Shown here piece after piece: positions 45,642 through 54,619 of a DNA stretch of 54,619 bases. Below the pieces are notes generated by a model that saw only the letters and a program-made list of their open reading frames with translations, made no database searches and had not been told where the DNA came from. How positions within the stretch are numbered: position 1 is the stretch's first letter; each line of letters opens with the position of its first letter. Origin of the DNA: a bacterium (GTDB taxonomy: Archaea; Nanobdellota; Nanobdellia; Pacearchaeales; GW2011-AR1); NCBI GenBank assembly GCA_036833455.1, contig DAITPU010000001.1:182397-237015 (forward strand), written 5' to 3'. The position numbers and the translations under genes are program-made.

Positions 45642-46427
45642 TTATCTCTTCTTAAAAGAAATGTATCTTTCTCCTCCAAAAGAAAAATCCTCTAATAATA
45701 AAAATTCTTTTTCAATAAATTTTAAAATCCAATCCCTATTTACCCTAAATTTCTTCCTTGAAATCAAACTCTCCGTAGCAAAACTTATCACAATTAAATC
45801 TACTCTAGAAATTAGTTCTTTTATCAATTTTTTTGAAAAATCTTTTTCTAACATTTCTAAGCTATCTAATACCTTAAACAAAAAAACAATTTTTTTTCCT
45901 TCTCTTGAATCAATCATTTTTTTTATTTTTTCTATTTCAAAAAGACTTTCATGAATGGATATGGCATTAAAATTTTCTTTTTTAAAATAAGAATTAGTTA
46001 AATCAACTAATTGGCCTATCGCTTCTATTCCCGTATAAGAAACTTTCGAAGGAAAATAACTATAACTAAAACCATTTACCCCTGCGCCTAAATCAAAAAC
46101 ATTTAAGTTTTTTTCTTTAAAATTTTTAAAAATTTTTGAATAAATTTCCTTATAAAAAGGATACCTCTCTCTTGTGGAAATGTGCTTCTTTAAAACCCAA
46201 TCGGGATCAAAATTTTTATTTTGCAATAGTTTTTCACTAGAGAAAACAGTATAAACTTTTCTTAAAAGATCTCTTGTTTTCTTTATTTTTTCTTCAACCA
46301 AAAAATCGTCTGAATCCAATAAGCAATATGCTTTTTCAACATCTCTCTTTGGAAGATCTGAAAATTCTTTTTTTTCCTGTATTTTTAAAAGGGCTTCTTC
46401 CTTACTTAAATTAAATCTTTTTGCCAT
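45642..46427 (-). CDS. ArmA/Rmt/Sgm (FmrO)-like SAM-dependent rRNA methyltransferase
   Basis: HISTRER, FDLGAG.N, IVFLFKVLDSLE, VISFAT.SL..RK, terminal GGERY; motif order matches 16S rRNA m7G1405 methyltransferases as I recall them. Confidence 0.75.
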   Translation of the reverse strand: MAKRFNLSKEEALLKIQEKKEFSDLPKRDVEKAYCLLDSDDFLVEEKIKKTRDLLRKVYTVFSSEKLLQNKNFDPDWVLKKHISTRERYPFYKEIYSKIFKNFKEKNLNVFDLGAGVNGFSYSYFPSKVSYTGIEAIGQLVDLTNSYFKKENFNAISIHESLFEIEKIKKMIDSREGKKIVFLFKVLDSLEMLEKDFSKKLIKELISRVDLIVISFATESLISRKKFRVNRDWILKFIEKEFLLLEDFSFGGERYISFKKR

Positions 46428-46460
46428 TATATTTTTAAGCTAAATTTCATTTAAAATTTT
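46428..46460. promoter_or_regulatory. 33-bp divergent spacer holding two crossed TATA boxes
   Basis: Plus-strand TTTTAAG about 28 nt before ATG 46461; minus-strand TTTTAAAT about 29 nt before ATG 46427. Confidence 0.55.
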
Positions 46461-47381
46461 ATGCCTATTAACGTAAACGACCCAGAATATTCTAAAGCAG
46501 AAAAAGCTTTTCATGCGGCTTCTTCAATAGAAGAACAATTAAATGCCTTGAACAAAATGATTTCTCATGCTCCTAGCCATAAAGGTGCCGAAAATTTAAG
46601 ACAACAATTAACTACAAAAAGAAAGAAGCTTGAAGCACAATTGGAGAAAAAGAAAAAAGTAGGAAAGTCTACCAAAATAGGAATAAAAAAAGAAGATTTG
46701 CAAGCCATTATTGTTGGACTTACAAATTCCGGAAAATCCTCTTTATTAAAAATTCTTACGAATGCGAACCCAAAAATTTCTGAAATAGAATTCACAACTA
46801 ATGAACCTAAAATAGGAATGATGGATTATGAAAATACCCTAATACAGATAATTGAAATTCCTTCTGTTGAAGGAGATTTCTTTGATAAATCTTTGGCACA
46901 CACTGCAGATACAATCCTTATTTTAATTAATTCTTTTGAGGATATAGAAAAAATAGAAAAATTTCTTACCATGGCAAAAGGAAAAAGATTGATTGTTTTT
47001 AACAAATCAGATAAATTGACCTCAGAGGAAAAAAGAAAAATAGAATCCAAACTTCAAAGCAAAAAATATAATTTCGAAATTATTTCTTGCATCCCTTTTT
47101 TTAAAGAAAATAACATAGAAATTCTCAAGAAGAAGATTTTTGATTCCTTTTCAGTTTTAAGAGTTTTTACAAAAGAGCCAGGTAAAGAAAGAGAAAACAA
47201 ACCGGTTATTTTAAAACCGGGTTCAACAGTAAAAGATGTTGCAGAAAAGATCTTTAAGGGATTTTCTTTAAAAATTAAAAAAACTAGAATTTGGGGTCCT
47301 TCCTCCAAATTCGGAGGACAGGTCGTTGGTTTGAATCATAAATTAAAAAATTTAGACGTTGTAGAATTTAGCACAAAATAA
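46461..47381 (+). CDS. DRG/OBG-family GTPase with TGS domain
   Basis: AP.HKG.E.LR, GLTNSGKSS, FTT, NKSD, RVFTKEPG, G.TV.DVA..I, IWG.S.KF.GQ.VG..H.L..LDVVE. Confidence 0.88.
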   Translation: MPINVNDPEYSKAEKAFHAASSIEEQLNALNKMISHAPSHKGAENLRQQLTTKRKKLEAQLEKKKKVGKSTKIGIKKEDLQAIIVGLTNSGKSSLLKILTNANPKISEIEFTTNEPKIGMMDYENTLIQIIEIPSVEGDFFDKSLAHTADTILILINSFEDIEKIEKFLTMAKGKRLIVFNKSDKLTSEEKRKIESKLQSKKYNFEIISCIPFFKENNIEILKKKIFDSFSVLRVFTKEPGKERENKPVILKPGSTVKDVAEKIFKGFSLKIKKTRIWGPSSKFGGQVVGLNHKLKNLDVVEFSTK

Positions 47382-47384
47382 AAT

Positions 47385-48392
47385 TTATTTTAAATAATTT
47401 TTTCTTATTGGAGAGATTAGTTTTTCTAAATATTCTATAACACACAATTTTAAATCTAAAGGATGAACTTTTTTTTCGGAATAAATTTTTTCTAACTCAA
47501 AATAATCCTTTAAAAGAATGTTTCCTCCAAACTTAACTGGCCTCTTAATCTCTAAGTTTTTAAATTTAGGAAAAAGAATAAGTTTACAAATTTGGAGGAG
47601 GGGATTTTCATTAATTTCTCCTTCTGGACAGTATGCTCCATTAATTGTTTTCTTTATTTCTTCATAATCATCTACCACACTAATTCCTGAACCAGGTAAA
47701 GATTTAGACATCTTCTGTCCAGGACCTTTTAAAGAAGTTATCAAAGGAGTATGGATTGCTATAAAATTATGATTTAAAATAAGGGAAAGATCTTTTCCTA
47801 CCATGTGCACTTTTCTTTGTTCGAGGCCTCCAAGAGCAACCTCGGAATTAAGATGTTTAATATCTGCAACTTGCATTAAGGGATACAAAAGCTGAGAAAT
47901 TGTCGAGCTTTCTCCTCCTCGGGAAATCTCTTGCATGCCCCTAATACCTCTTTGAATTGTAACCTTTTGAGCTAATTTTAGTACATCTAATTGGTATTCT
48001 TTAGTGAATTGAAAATTACTCCCCAAGATAATTTCTGCATTTGAAAAACCTACTGCTTTTATTATTTTTTTCCAACGAAGAACCTCTCTTGAAATTTCTT
48101 TCTGATCGCCCTTGTGATTAAGAAAAGCGTGCAAATCTGCCAAGAGTATTTTTACCTTTATTCCAGCCCGATTTAAATCCATTAATTTTAATATTGTGGC
48201 AAAGTGACCGAGATGCATTGGTCCACTTGGTTCATAACCACAATAAACAGAAATTTCTTTTTTATTAGATAAAAATTCTTTAAATTCTTCCTCCCCCACA
48301 ATCTCCACTGTATTCCTTTTTATTAATTCCCATTTTTCATCAAAGGAAAGCTCCTCTTTACGAAATTTATTTTTTTTCTTCATAATAAACAA
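47385..48392 (-). CDS. tyrS: Tyrosine--tRNA ligase, archaeal type
   Basis: YCGYEPSG.MHLGH, LADLHAFLN, LYPLMQVADI, GG.EQRKVH, KMSKS, HP.DLK. Confidence 0.95.
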   Translation of the reverse strand: MFIMKKKNKFRKEELSFDEKWELIKRNTVEIVGEEEFKEFLSNKKEISVYCGYEPSGPMHLGHFATILKLMDLNRAGIKVKILLADLHAFLNHKGDQKEISREVLRWKKIIKAVGFSNAEIILGSNFQFTKEYQLDVLKLAQKVTIQRGIRGMQEISRGGESSTISQLLYPLMQVADIKHLNSEVALGGLEQRKVHMVGKDLSLILNHNFIAIHTPLITSLKGPGQKMSKSLPGSGISVVDDYEEIKKTINGAYCPEGEINENPLLQICKLILFPKFKNLEIKRPVKFGGNILLKDYFELEKIYSEKKVHPLDLKLCVIEYLEKLISPIRKNYLK

Positions 48393-48487
48393 ATAAAAAA
48401 ACCCTCTTTATTAAAAGTTTCTATCTCTCCTGACTAAGAAAGAAAATAATTTTAAAATTAAATTTGTTCTTTTAAACATAAATTAAA

Positions 48488-49672
48488 ATGTTAATTGAAA
48501 TAATTTTCTTTCTTTTTATGGGTATCTTTGCCGGAACCCTCACAGGCTTAACTCCTGGAATACATATTAATCTCCTTGGTGCCGCAATTATTTTAGCTTA
48601 TACTTATTTTAATTTTAACCCAATTTATGCATTAACATTCATCGTATCTCTATCCATCACTCATACTTTTATAGACTTCATTCCCTCCATCATTTTGGGA
48701 TGTCCTGATACGGACACTGAACTTTCTCTTCTTCCAGGACACGAATTATTAAAAAATGGAAGAGGTTATGAAGCAATTATTTTAACCGCAATAGGAAGTT
48801 TAAATGCAGTTTTCTATTCTTTAATATTCTGTTTCCCTTTAATTTTTATTTTCCAAAAAGGATATTTCCTTATTCAAAACTACATTCCCTTTATCCTTAT
48901 CTTTACCTCTTTTCTTTTAATTTTTTCTGAAAAAGAAAAATTTGTTGCTCTTTTAGTTTTTATTCTAACTGGGGTTTTAGGTTTAATTTCCAACGAAATT
49001 ACCTCAGGAAATTCTCTTCTTCCAATGCTGTCTGGATTATTTGGAAGTTCTCTTTTGATTAAAAGTATTAAGGAAAAACCAAAAATTCCTTCTCAAAAAA
49101 TTTCCAAAATAAATTTTTCTTCAAAAAAACCTTTGCTGAGCTCTTTAGTAATTTCTCCTTTTTGCTCTTTTTTACCTGGACTTGGAACGGGACAAGCTGC
49201 AGTGATGTCTAGTCTTTTATTTAAACAAAAAAGAAAAGAAGATTTTTTAGTTTTGGTCGGAGCAACTAATACTTTTGTAATGATTTTCTCTTTTTTTGCT
49301 CTTTATGCAATAGGTAAAACTAGGTCTGGTTCAAGCATTGTTATAAAAGATTTAGTAGGAATACCCTCTCAAGAAATTTTGGTTTTAATTATCTTAACCA
49401 TCTTTTTTTCCGGAATTTTATCTTTTTTTTTAACTAAAGGGGTATCTAAAATGATTTTAAAAAAAATCCACAAAGTAAACTATCCTAAAATTTCTTTAAT
49501 TACCCTAATTTTTCTATCCTTAATTATTCTTATTTTTTCAAAACCAAAGGGTTTTTTGGTTTTTATACTTGCGACTTTTACTGGAATATATTGTATAAAT
49601 AAAAAAGTAAGAAAAACAAATATGATGGGTTGCTTAATTTTACCTACGATTATTTGGTTGCTTTCTGGTTAA
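48488..49672 (+). CDS. TctA/DUF112 family tripartite tricarboxylate transporter permease-like protein
   Basis: GTLTGL.PGIHIN, HTF.DFIPS..LG.P, LPGH..L..G.G, LLP.LSGLFG, LPG.G..Q. Confidence 0.85.
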   Translation: MLIEIIFFLFMGIFAGTLTGLTPGIHINLLGAAIILAYTYFNFNPIYALTFIVSLSITHTFIDFIPSIILGCPDTDTELSLLPGHELLKNGRGYEAIILTAIGSLNAVFYSLIFCFPLIFIFQKGYFLIQNYIPFILIFTSFLLIFSEKEKFVALLVFILTGVLGLISNEITSGNSLLPMLSGLFGSSLLIKSIKEKPKIPSQKISKINFSSKKPLLSSLVISPFCSFLPGLGTGQAAVMSSLLFKQKRKEDFLVLVGATNTFVMIFSFFALYAIGKTRSGSSIVIKDLVGIPSQEILVLIILTIFFSGILSFFLTKGVSKMILKKIHKVNYPKISLITLIFLSLIILIFSKPKGFLVFILATFTGIYCINKKVRKTNMMGCLILPTIIWLLSG

Positions 49673-52600
49673 ACCATTCCTCCAAATTTTTTTGTTTTTC
49701 TGTTTCTTTTCCAAAAATAGAATCTATATACCCTCTAACTAAATCTAATGTTTGCTTAAGATAAGAACTAACATTATATTTTTGAGCTAAATTCATTGCT
49801 GGATCAAGGTATTTTTTTATTCCTCCTTCATGTATGGTAAAAATTATTTTTCCAGAACAAGCAGGGCATTTTCCATCTAAAGGAGGTCTACGAATAATTT
49901 CATTACAATCTACACACCTAAAATTTTGCATAGAAAACTTTCTAAGATTACCTCTTAGATCTCTAATAAAATGCCTTTCAATAATAAGTCTAGCGGTATC
50001 TGTTGTATCTACGCTTCTTAGTTTTTCTACCAACTTCATTTGGTGAGAAACCTTTTCTTCCATATTTTCCAAACTCTTATAAGATGAGCAAGTCACTCCT
50101 TCATTAAAATCCAGAGTATCATGCGTAAACCCTATATTAAAAAAAGGGTCCTTGCCTTCTTTTAATAATTTCTTTAAATTATAAACCTGAACTTCTGAAG
50201 AATGCTTTCTTTCTTCAGCCAAACGATATAACTCAAGAGGATATGAATCAACATACTCCATATCTAAAATTTGATCATCAACTTCTCCAGCATCTATTCT
50301 GGAATTTAATACCAAAGGTGCATCTTGTGTTCCTCCTCTATGACTGGGAAGATATTTCTTAGAAAAATTTATTAGCACATCTCCTAACAACATTATCGCA
50401 GCTTCATCTCCATCACAATCCCTTCTTATTGCTGCGTGCATATAAGGAGAAGCCATTAATCCCAGAGTTTTTGAAAAGCCTATGAATCTACAAATCACTC
50501 CTGCGCAATTATGAGGGGCCATACAAACCCCTAATTGCCCTATCAAATCTTCTTTTTTGGAAAAATTATAAAAACGAGGTAAACCATAAAACTTTTCTAA
50601 GAGGTCATCTATAAAATAAGAAATTCTTAAAAAAAGGTCTCCTCCTCTTTCATCTGGCGTGTCTAATGAATCTGGAATCAATACATCATGGGGCATCAAC
50701 TCTAAAATTTGGGATTCGGAAATTAAATCTTCTCCATAAATATCTTTTACATATCCTAATTCCCTCAATTTATCGAGACTAGCTCCAATTTCAAAAGGTT
50801 TAAAATGAGTAAGTGGCAATTCTGTTGCATCCATTCTTATTGTCCCGTCTTTATTTACTTGTAAATCATATCTTGCTCTAAGAATTCCTTTTGCTAAATT
50901 TTCCATACTCTTTTCATCTGAAGAAACTCCCCTAACACCTTTTATCAACTCGGGCAAATCATTTAAACCCATTCCCAGTTTAGAAAGGGAAGCCTTCAGA
51001 TATTCATTGATTTCAATTGTCTGATTAAGATAAGGAATACCTTCTTTCTCTGAAAATTTATTTTTCTTTTCAGAATGAAGTTCTTTTGTGTCTGAAAAAA
51101 AATATTTTTTTTGCGTTTTTGAATCACAAAAAGGACATTTTGGAAAGATCACTCTTTTATTGCAATTTTCACATTCAAAAAGAGAATATTGAGAAGAGAT
51201 TTTTCCTATTGCCATTGCAGATTGTAAACTTCTTAACCTTCCTCCTTCATTTCCTACAGAAAACAACATATTTGGGCTTCCTGTTAATTTTCTTAATTTT
51301 GCTTTTTCTGGACGACCCATTCTAGCTCCAATAAAATCTCCAGATTTATCCTTTATCTCCAAAGAACATAATTCATTTATTATTTGAAAAGGTGTTTTTC
51401 CTTCAATTTCTAAAATAACTTTAAAATACTTTTTGAAATCAACCTTCAAAGGATTTTCTATTCCTAAATTAAATAGAAATGCTAAACTATTCTCTTTATT
51501 GATAATTACATTTTCTATAAAAACTTCATGAGGAATTCCTAAAAGTTCCAAGGCCCTTTTACCTAAAGAAAAAATTTCTTTGTCTTTTTTAGTCCAAGGC
51601 AAAATTATTTTATCTTGATATGTTTGTTTTTCCATCCATCTGATTAAATTAAAAAACTCTTCGTTAGAAATCTCTTTCCAATAAAAAATATATTTTGGAT
51701 GCAAAGGAAGTTTTTCTTTGTTTCCTATTTCTACTGACTCTATCAAACTTATTGTTTTATTTTTAAATTCTTTATAAAGAGGAATATTTTTTTCTTTTAA
51801 TTCAAGTAACCACCATTCTTCTACATACCCTTGCTTTAGCAAATATGAATTACGATTTGCTACATCTGAAAAAGGAATTAAAATGTCCCCTAAATAAATT
51901 ATTTCATCTATTGAATCGTAAATTTCTTGTGCTTGTTTTTTTGAAGTTAATTTTAAAACACTTCCATTTTTTAATTTGACTATTGGCCCCTCTAAACAAT
52001 CGCAAGAAGTTATAGCACAACCTTTTGTTGGTTTTTCTATTTTTAATTGAGTTCCAATTGCAAGAAAATTGTCCGTAACTCCCATTGTAGCTGGATGAAC
52101 TGCTGCAGAACTAAAACCAGAATTTCTACTCCTTCCATATCTAAATCTAAAACTTCCAGAACGAGAAGGGTGACCATAAACCGGTCTTCCCGCAACTAAA
52201 TCTTTTATATATGTTGGCGGGCCAGTCCCCGATTTTGCCTTGCCTTTTGAATTTCTTTCATGAATCTCAACATACTCATTTAACCAATCAAAACCGCTTC
52301 CAGTTATTCCATTTTTTCTTGCCATATTATATAATCTAAATCCCTTTGCAGCTTTTTGAGCCAATCCTTCTGCCAAAACAAGACAAAATCCGCTCCTTAA
52401 AAAATTAGTATTTACTCTAGGTAAATTTTTATAATTTGATACTTCTAAGGTTTCACTTGGATCTCCGGCAATTTGAATGGGCATGTGCTTAGCTAAAAAA
52501 ATTGCCTCTTCTTCTGTAGGCATATATTGTAAATTAGTTACTCTCTCATGGAAATCTGAAAGTTCTGTCCAAACCCTTCTAACTTCTTCTTCAGTAGGGT

Positions 52601-53150
52601 CATATTTTGCAAAGCCAAATTTTTCTCTTAAAAAATCGATTAATAAAAGAGTTAAACAACTTGCTGTGGTTCCAGCAGAACGAATTGGACCAGAGAAATT
52701 TGCAATTATATATTCTTGCCTGTCTCTTGTTTTTCCAATTTCTAAACCCGTAAACCCTTCTAAAGGACTCGAAACAACGCCCAAAGTAATGTAGCACATC
52801 CCAATACGTATTCCTGCATCTAAACACTCTAAAATGTTATTAAATTTACAATATTTCTGTTCACTTACTTCTTCTGCTATTTTAAAAACAACCGTGGGGT
52901 CCAATTTTCCGTATTCTTCTTCTAAAGAAGAAATTCTTTCAGCTATTTGAGATTCCATCATTTGAGGATAAATTGTAGAAATCAGACTAACTACTTTTTC
53001 TGCCATGTTTTTGGCTAGGGGTATTTCTACTTTATCTAAAGGATCATACCCTTTAGCTCTAGCTTTATTTGCCATTTCATAAACTTCTTCAACTTTTAAG
53101 TTTAGTTTTTCAAAATAATCTTGGGACCTTTTTTCCAAATTTAAATTCAT
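49650..53150 (-). CDS. polC: DNA polymerase D large subunit DP2
   Basis: GPIRSAGTTA, AGRPV, FRFRYGR.R, GTQLK.E.P.KG, IGARMGRPEKAK, KDGTIR.D, catalytic RRDCDGDE, C-terminal Zn finger; no intein. Confidence 0.97.
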   Translation of the reverse strand: MNLNLEKRSQDYFEKLNLKVEEVYEMANKARAKGYDPLDKVEIPLAKNMAEKVVSLISTIYPQMMESQIAERISSLEEEYGKLDPTVVFKIAEEVSEQKYCKFNNILECLDAGIRIGMCYITLGVVSSPLEGFTGLEIGKTRDRQEYIIANFSGPIRSAGTTASCLTLLLIDFLREKFGFAKYDPTEEEVRRVWTELSDFHERVTNLQYMPTEEEAIFLAKHMPIQIAGDPSETLEVSNYKNLPRVNTNFLRSGFCLVLAEGLAQKAAKGFRLYNMARKNGITGSGFDWLNEYVEIHERNSKGKAKSGTGPPTYIKDLVAGRPVYGHPSRSGSFRFRYGRSRNSGFSSAAVHPATMGVTDNFLAIGTQLKIEKPTKGCAITSCDCLEGPIVKLKNGSVLKLTSKKQAQEIYDSIDEIIYLGDILIPFSDVANRNSYLLKQGYVEEWWLLELKEKNIPLYKEFKNKTISLIESVEIGNKEKLPLHPKYIFYWKEISNEEFFNLIRWMEKQTYQDKIILPWTKKDKEIFSLGKRALELLGIPHEVFIENVIINKENSLAFLFNLGIENPLKVDFKKYFKVILEIEGKTPFQIINELCSLEIKDKSGDFIGARMGRPEKAKLRKLTGSPNMLFSVGNEGGRLRSLQSAMAIGKISSQYSLFECENCNKRVIFPKCPFCDSKTQKKYFFSDTKELHSEKKNKFSEKEGIPYLNQTIEINEYLKASLSKLGMGLNDLPELIKGVRGVSSDEKSMENLAKGILRARYDLQVNKDGTIRMDATELPLTHFKPFEIGASLDKLRELGYVKDIYGEDLISESQILELMPHDVLIPDSLDTPDERGGDLFLRISYFIDDLLEKFYGLPRFYNFSKKEDLIGQLGVCMAPHNCAGVICRFIGFSKTLGLMASPYMHAAIRRDCDGDEAAIMLLGDVLINFSKKYLPSHRGGTQDAPLVLNSRIDAGEVDDQILDMEYVDSYPLELYRLAEERKHSSEVQVYNLKKLLKEGKDPFFNIGFTHDTLDFNEGVTCSSYKSLENMEEKVSHQMKLVEKLRSVDTTDTARLIIERHFIRDLRGNLRKFSMQNFRCVDCNEIIRRPPLDGKCPACSGKIIFTIHEGGIKKYLDPAMNLAQKYNVSSYLKQTLDLVRGYIDSIFGKETEKQKNLEEWFNQKATK

Positions 53151-54370
53151 TTTAATCTCTCCCCATATGTTTTTATTCCATCTTCTCCTGTTTCAAAATC
53201 TAAAAATTTTATCGCCCTTGTTTTCAAATTAAAAACTGGGACCTTACAATGATCTGGTGTGTTGCCGAATTTTTCTTGGTAAGGAGTCATTCCTTCCCAA
53301 CTAGAAACAGAAATTATCAAAATATTATTATAATGATAAACATTGCTTTTGTGGGTGTGACCTGAAACAAAAATATCTGGGCTTTTCCTTATTAAAAGAC
53401 CGTCTTTTTCTAGAGGAAAATATTGGGTTGAACCATGAGTGGGGGCAAGATGCCTATGTTTTAATAAAAATTCCATAATTTTCTCAGGTTTATTCATACT
53501 TTTTTCTGCCATTAATTTAGGGATATTGTTTGCGAAATAAGGAAAACTAAAGCCATGGTAACAAAGAACATTAAACCCTTCAAATTCATTTTTGCTCCCA
53601 ATATTTACCATCGAAGGATTGCTTAAAATGATCACGTTTTCTAGTTCATATAATGGCCAAGCATATTTTTCATCAAAAGGGGGTTGAGGCTCCATTATTC
53701 TTACTCCATCATGGTTTCCAGGAGAAATTATAATTTTTATGTCCTTCCTTATTTTTGAGAGAAATTTAGCAATACCCATAAATTGATCTTCTAAATCTTT
53801 AATAGAAAGATCAAATTCTTGATCTGGATAATTACCTACTCCTGTAACTAAATCTCCTACGATGAAGAGATATTTTATTTTTTTTTGTTCTACTCCTTCT
53901 TTATTTAAATAATCTATAAAACGAGAAAAATCTTTTTCTAAAAAATTTTTGCTTCCATAATGAACATCCCCTATAAAAAGAGCATATTCTTCTACAGGAG
54001 ATTTTTTTCTTTTATCTAATCTTGATTCAGGAAAAATTATTTCATTTACAAATAAGATTTCTTTGTTTCCAAAACCCTTAAAACCCAAAACAGCGTCAAG
54101 AGGGATATTTTCTGCTTCTTTTATTAATTCCTCTTTGTCTTTACTTATAATTACCTTTATCTTCCCAGTAAGATCTTCTACTTCTAAAATTAAATTCTTA
54201 TTTTTAGAAAAATTTTTGTTTAAAACTAGGCCGATTATAGAAAATTTTTGTTTATCTCCATTTATCTTTCCTATTGAAACTAAATTTTCTATAGAATTTT
54301 TATCAGAAATATAGTTACTAATTTCTTTATACCTGTTTTTAAAATGATTTACAAAATCTTTTACTTCCAA
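53147..54370 (-). CDS. polB: DNA polymerase D small subunit DP1; true start lies upstream and is unresolved
   Basis: OB-fold LEVEDLTG; IGDVHYGS, VGDLVTG, PGNHD, CYHG, HLAPTHG, SGHTH. Frame stays open to 54523 with no ATG; the window end looks error-prone. Confidence 0.9.
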   Translation of the reverse strand: MEVKDFVNHFKNRYKEISNYISDKNSIENLVSIGKINGDKQKFSIIGLVLNKNFSKNKNLILEVEDLTGKIKVIISKDKEELIKEAENIPLDAVLGFKGFGNKEILFVNEIIFPESRLDKRKKSPVEEYALFIGDVHYGSKNFLEKDFSRFIDYLNKEGVEQKKIKYLFIVGDLVTGVGNYPDQEFDLSIKDLEDQFMGIAKFLSKIRKDIKIIISPGNHDGVRIMEPQPPFDEKYAWPLYELENVIILSNPSMVNIGSKNEFEGFNVLCYHGFSFPYFANNIPKLMAEKSMNKPEKIMEFLLKHRHLAPTHGSTQYFPLEKDGLLIRKSPDIFVSGHTHKSNVYHYNNILIISVSSWEGMTPYQEKFGNTPDHCKVPVFNLKTRAIKFLDFETGEDGIKTYGERLK

Positions 54371-54619
54371 AGCTCTATTATTATTTTGAGGGGATGCACT
54401 TAAAACTTTAATGGGGAAATCTTCTTTAATAAAATCCTCTTTTTTTTTTGGAGGGGTTTTTTTACTAAAAGGAAAATCTATTTGGATTAAAAAAGGGGTT
54501 CTTTTTTTAAACCCTTCAATAATTCAAGAATTTTTTTTAGCAAATTTAAATTTTAAAAAATTTTTGAAGTTTTACTTTTTAATTTTTTTTAAAAAATTTG
54601 TGCATTTTTTTCAAAAATT

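Noticed and set aside
49650-53150. DP2 has only one central CxxC...CxxC zinc module, and could carry an intein
   Set aside because: From memory a single central module also occurs in other archaeal DP2s, so it is not distinctive. The length and continuous motifs leave no room for an intein (the same holds for RadA and Hef).
243-54314. Many short antisense or overlapping ORFs in the track (e.g. 243..518, 3388..3582, 10878..11180, 28418..28684, 30985..31314, 42775..43035, 52477..52794)
   Set aside because: They lie within or opposite well-supported genes or tRNAs and show no independent motifs or promoter spacing; shadow ORFs.
54420-54619. Homopolymer-rich end with an in-frame TGA (54524..54526) upstream of the DP1 core; could be read as a pseudogene or frameshift site
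   Set aside because: It is at the window edge and dominated by long A/T runs, typical of low-quality read ends. DP1 is essential and its catalytic core is intact, so sequencing error is more likely.
1-54619. CRISPR array, rRNA, SRP/RNase P RNA, IS elements, prophage
   Set aside because: No regularly spaced repeats; no GC-rich non-coding islands other than the two tRNAs; no transposase, integrase or capsid-like ORFs recognised.
1-54619. Alternative genetic code (stop-codon reassignment)
   Set aside because: Long conserved genes are uninterrupted in code 11, and TGA, TAA and TAG all terminate conserved proteins at the expected positions.

Overview
A very AT-rich, gene-dense archaeal chromosome segment using the standard code (TGA acts as a stop, often in ATGA overlaps). 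PolD DP1/DP2, RadA, aIF2-alpha, aEF-1beta, L44e/S3Ae/S15, SRP54/FtsY and Bud32 make it archaeal. The trimmed, divergent housekeeping proteins and many class III signal-peptide ORFs point to a DPANN, Pacearchaeota-like symbiont (inference). It contains two intron-less tRNAs (Thr-TGT, Gln-TTG). I found no rRNA, CRISPR array, transposase, integrase or intein. Main points: (1) a type IV pilus-like locus of about 9.5 kb with ATPase, TadC/ArlJ-like platform, prepilin peptidase and 10 pilin-like ORFs, three of them micro-ORFs missing from the ORF track and two of those with no class III leader; (2) an apparent archaeal homologue of the ArmA/Rmt/Sgm 16S rRNA m7G1405 methyltransferases; (3) a 1120-aa papain/PEGA/FG-GAP/dockerin surface protease; (4) a Hef helicase-nuclease split around a GMPR/IMPDH-family gene; (5) an unannotated Cys-less Nop10-like micro-ORF and a reciprocal shuffle of two conserved archaeal operons; (6) several probable pseudo-enzymes; (7) TATA boxes about 26-30 nt upstream of the ATG (leaderless genes), with crossed bidirectional promoters. 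All family assignments come from motif recognition by eye; no searches were run.
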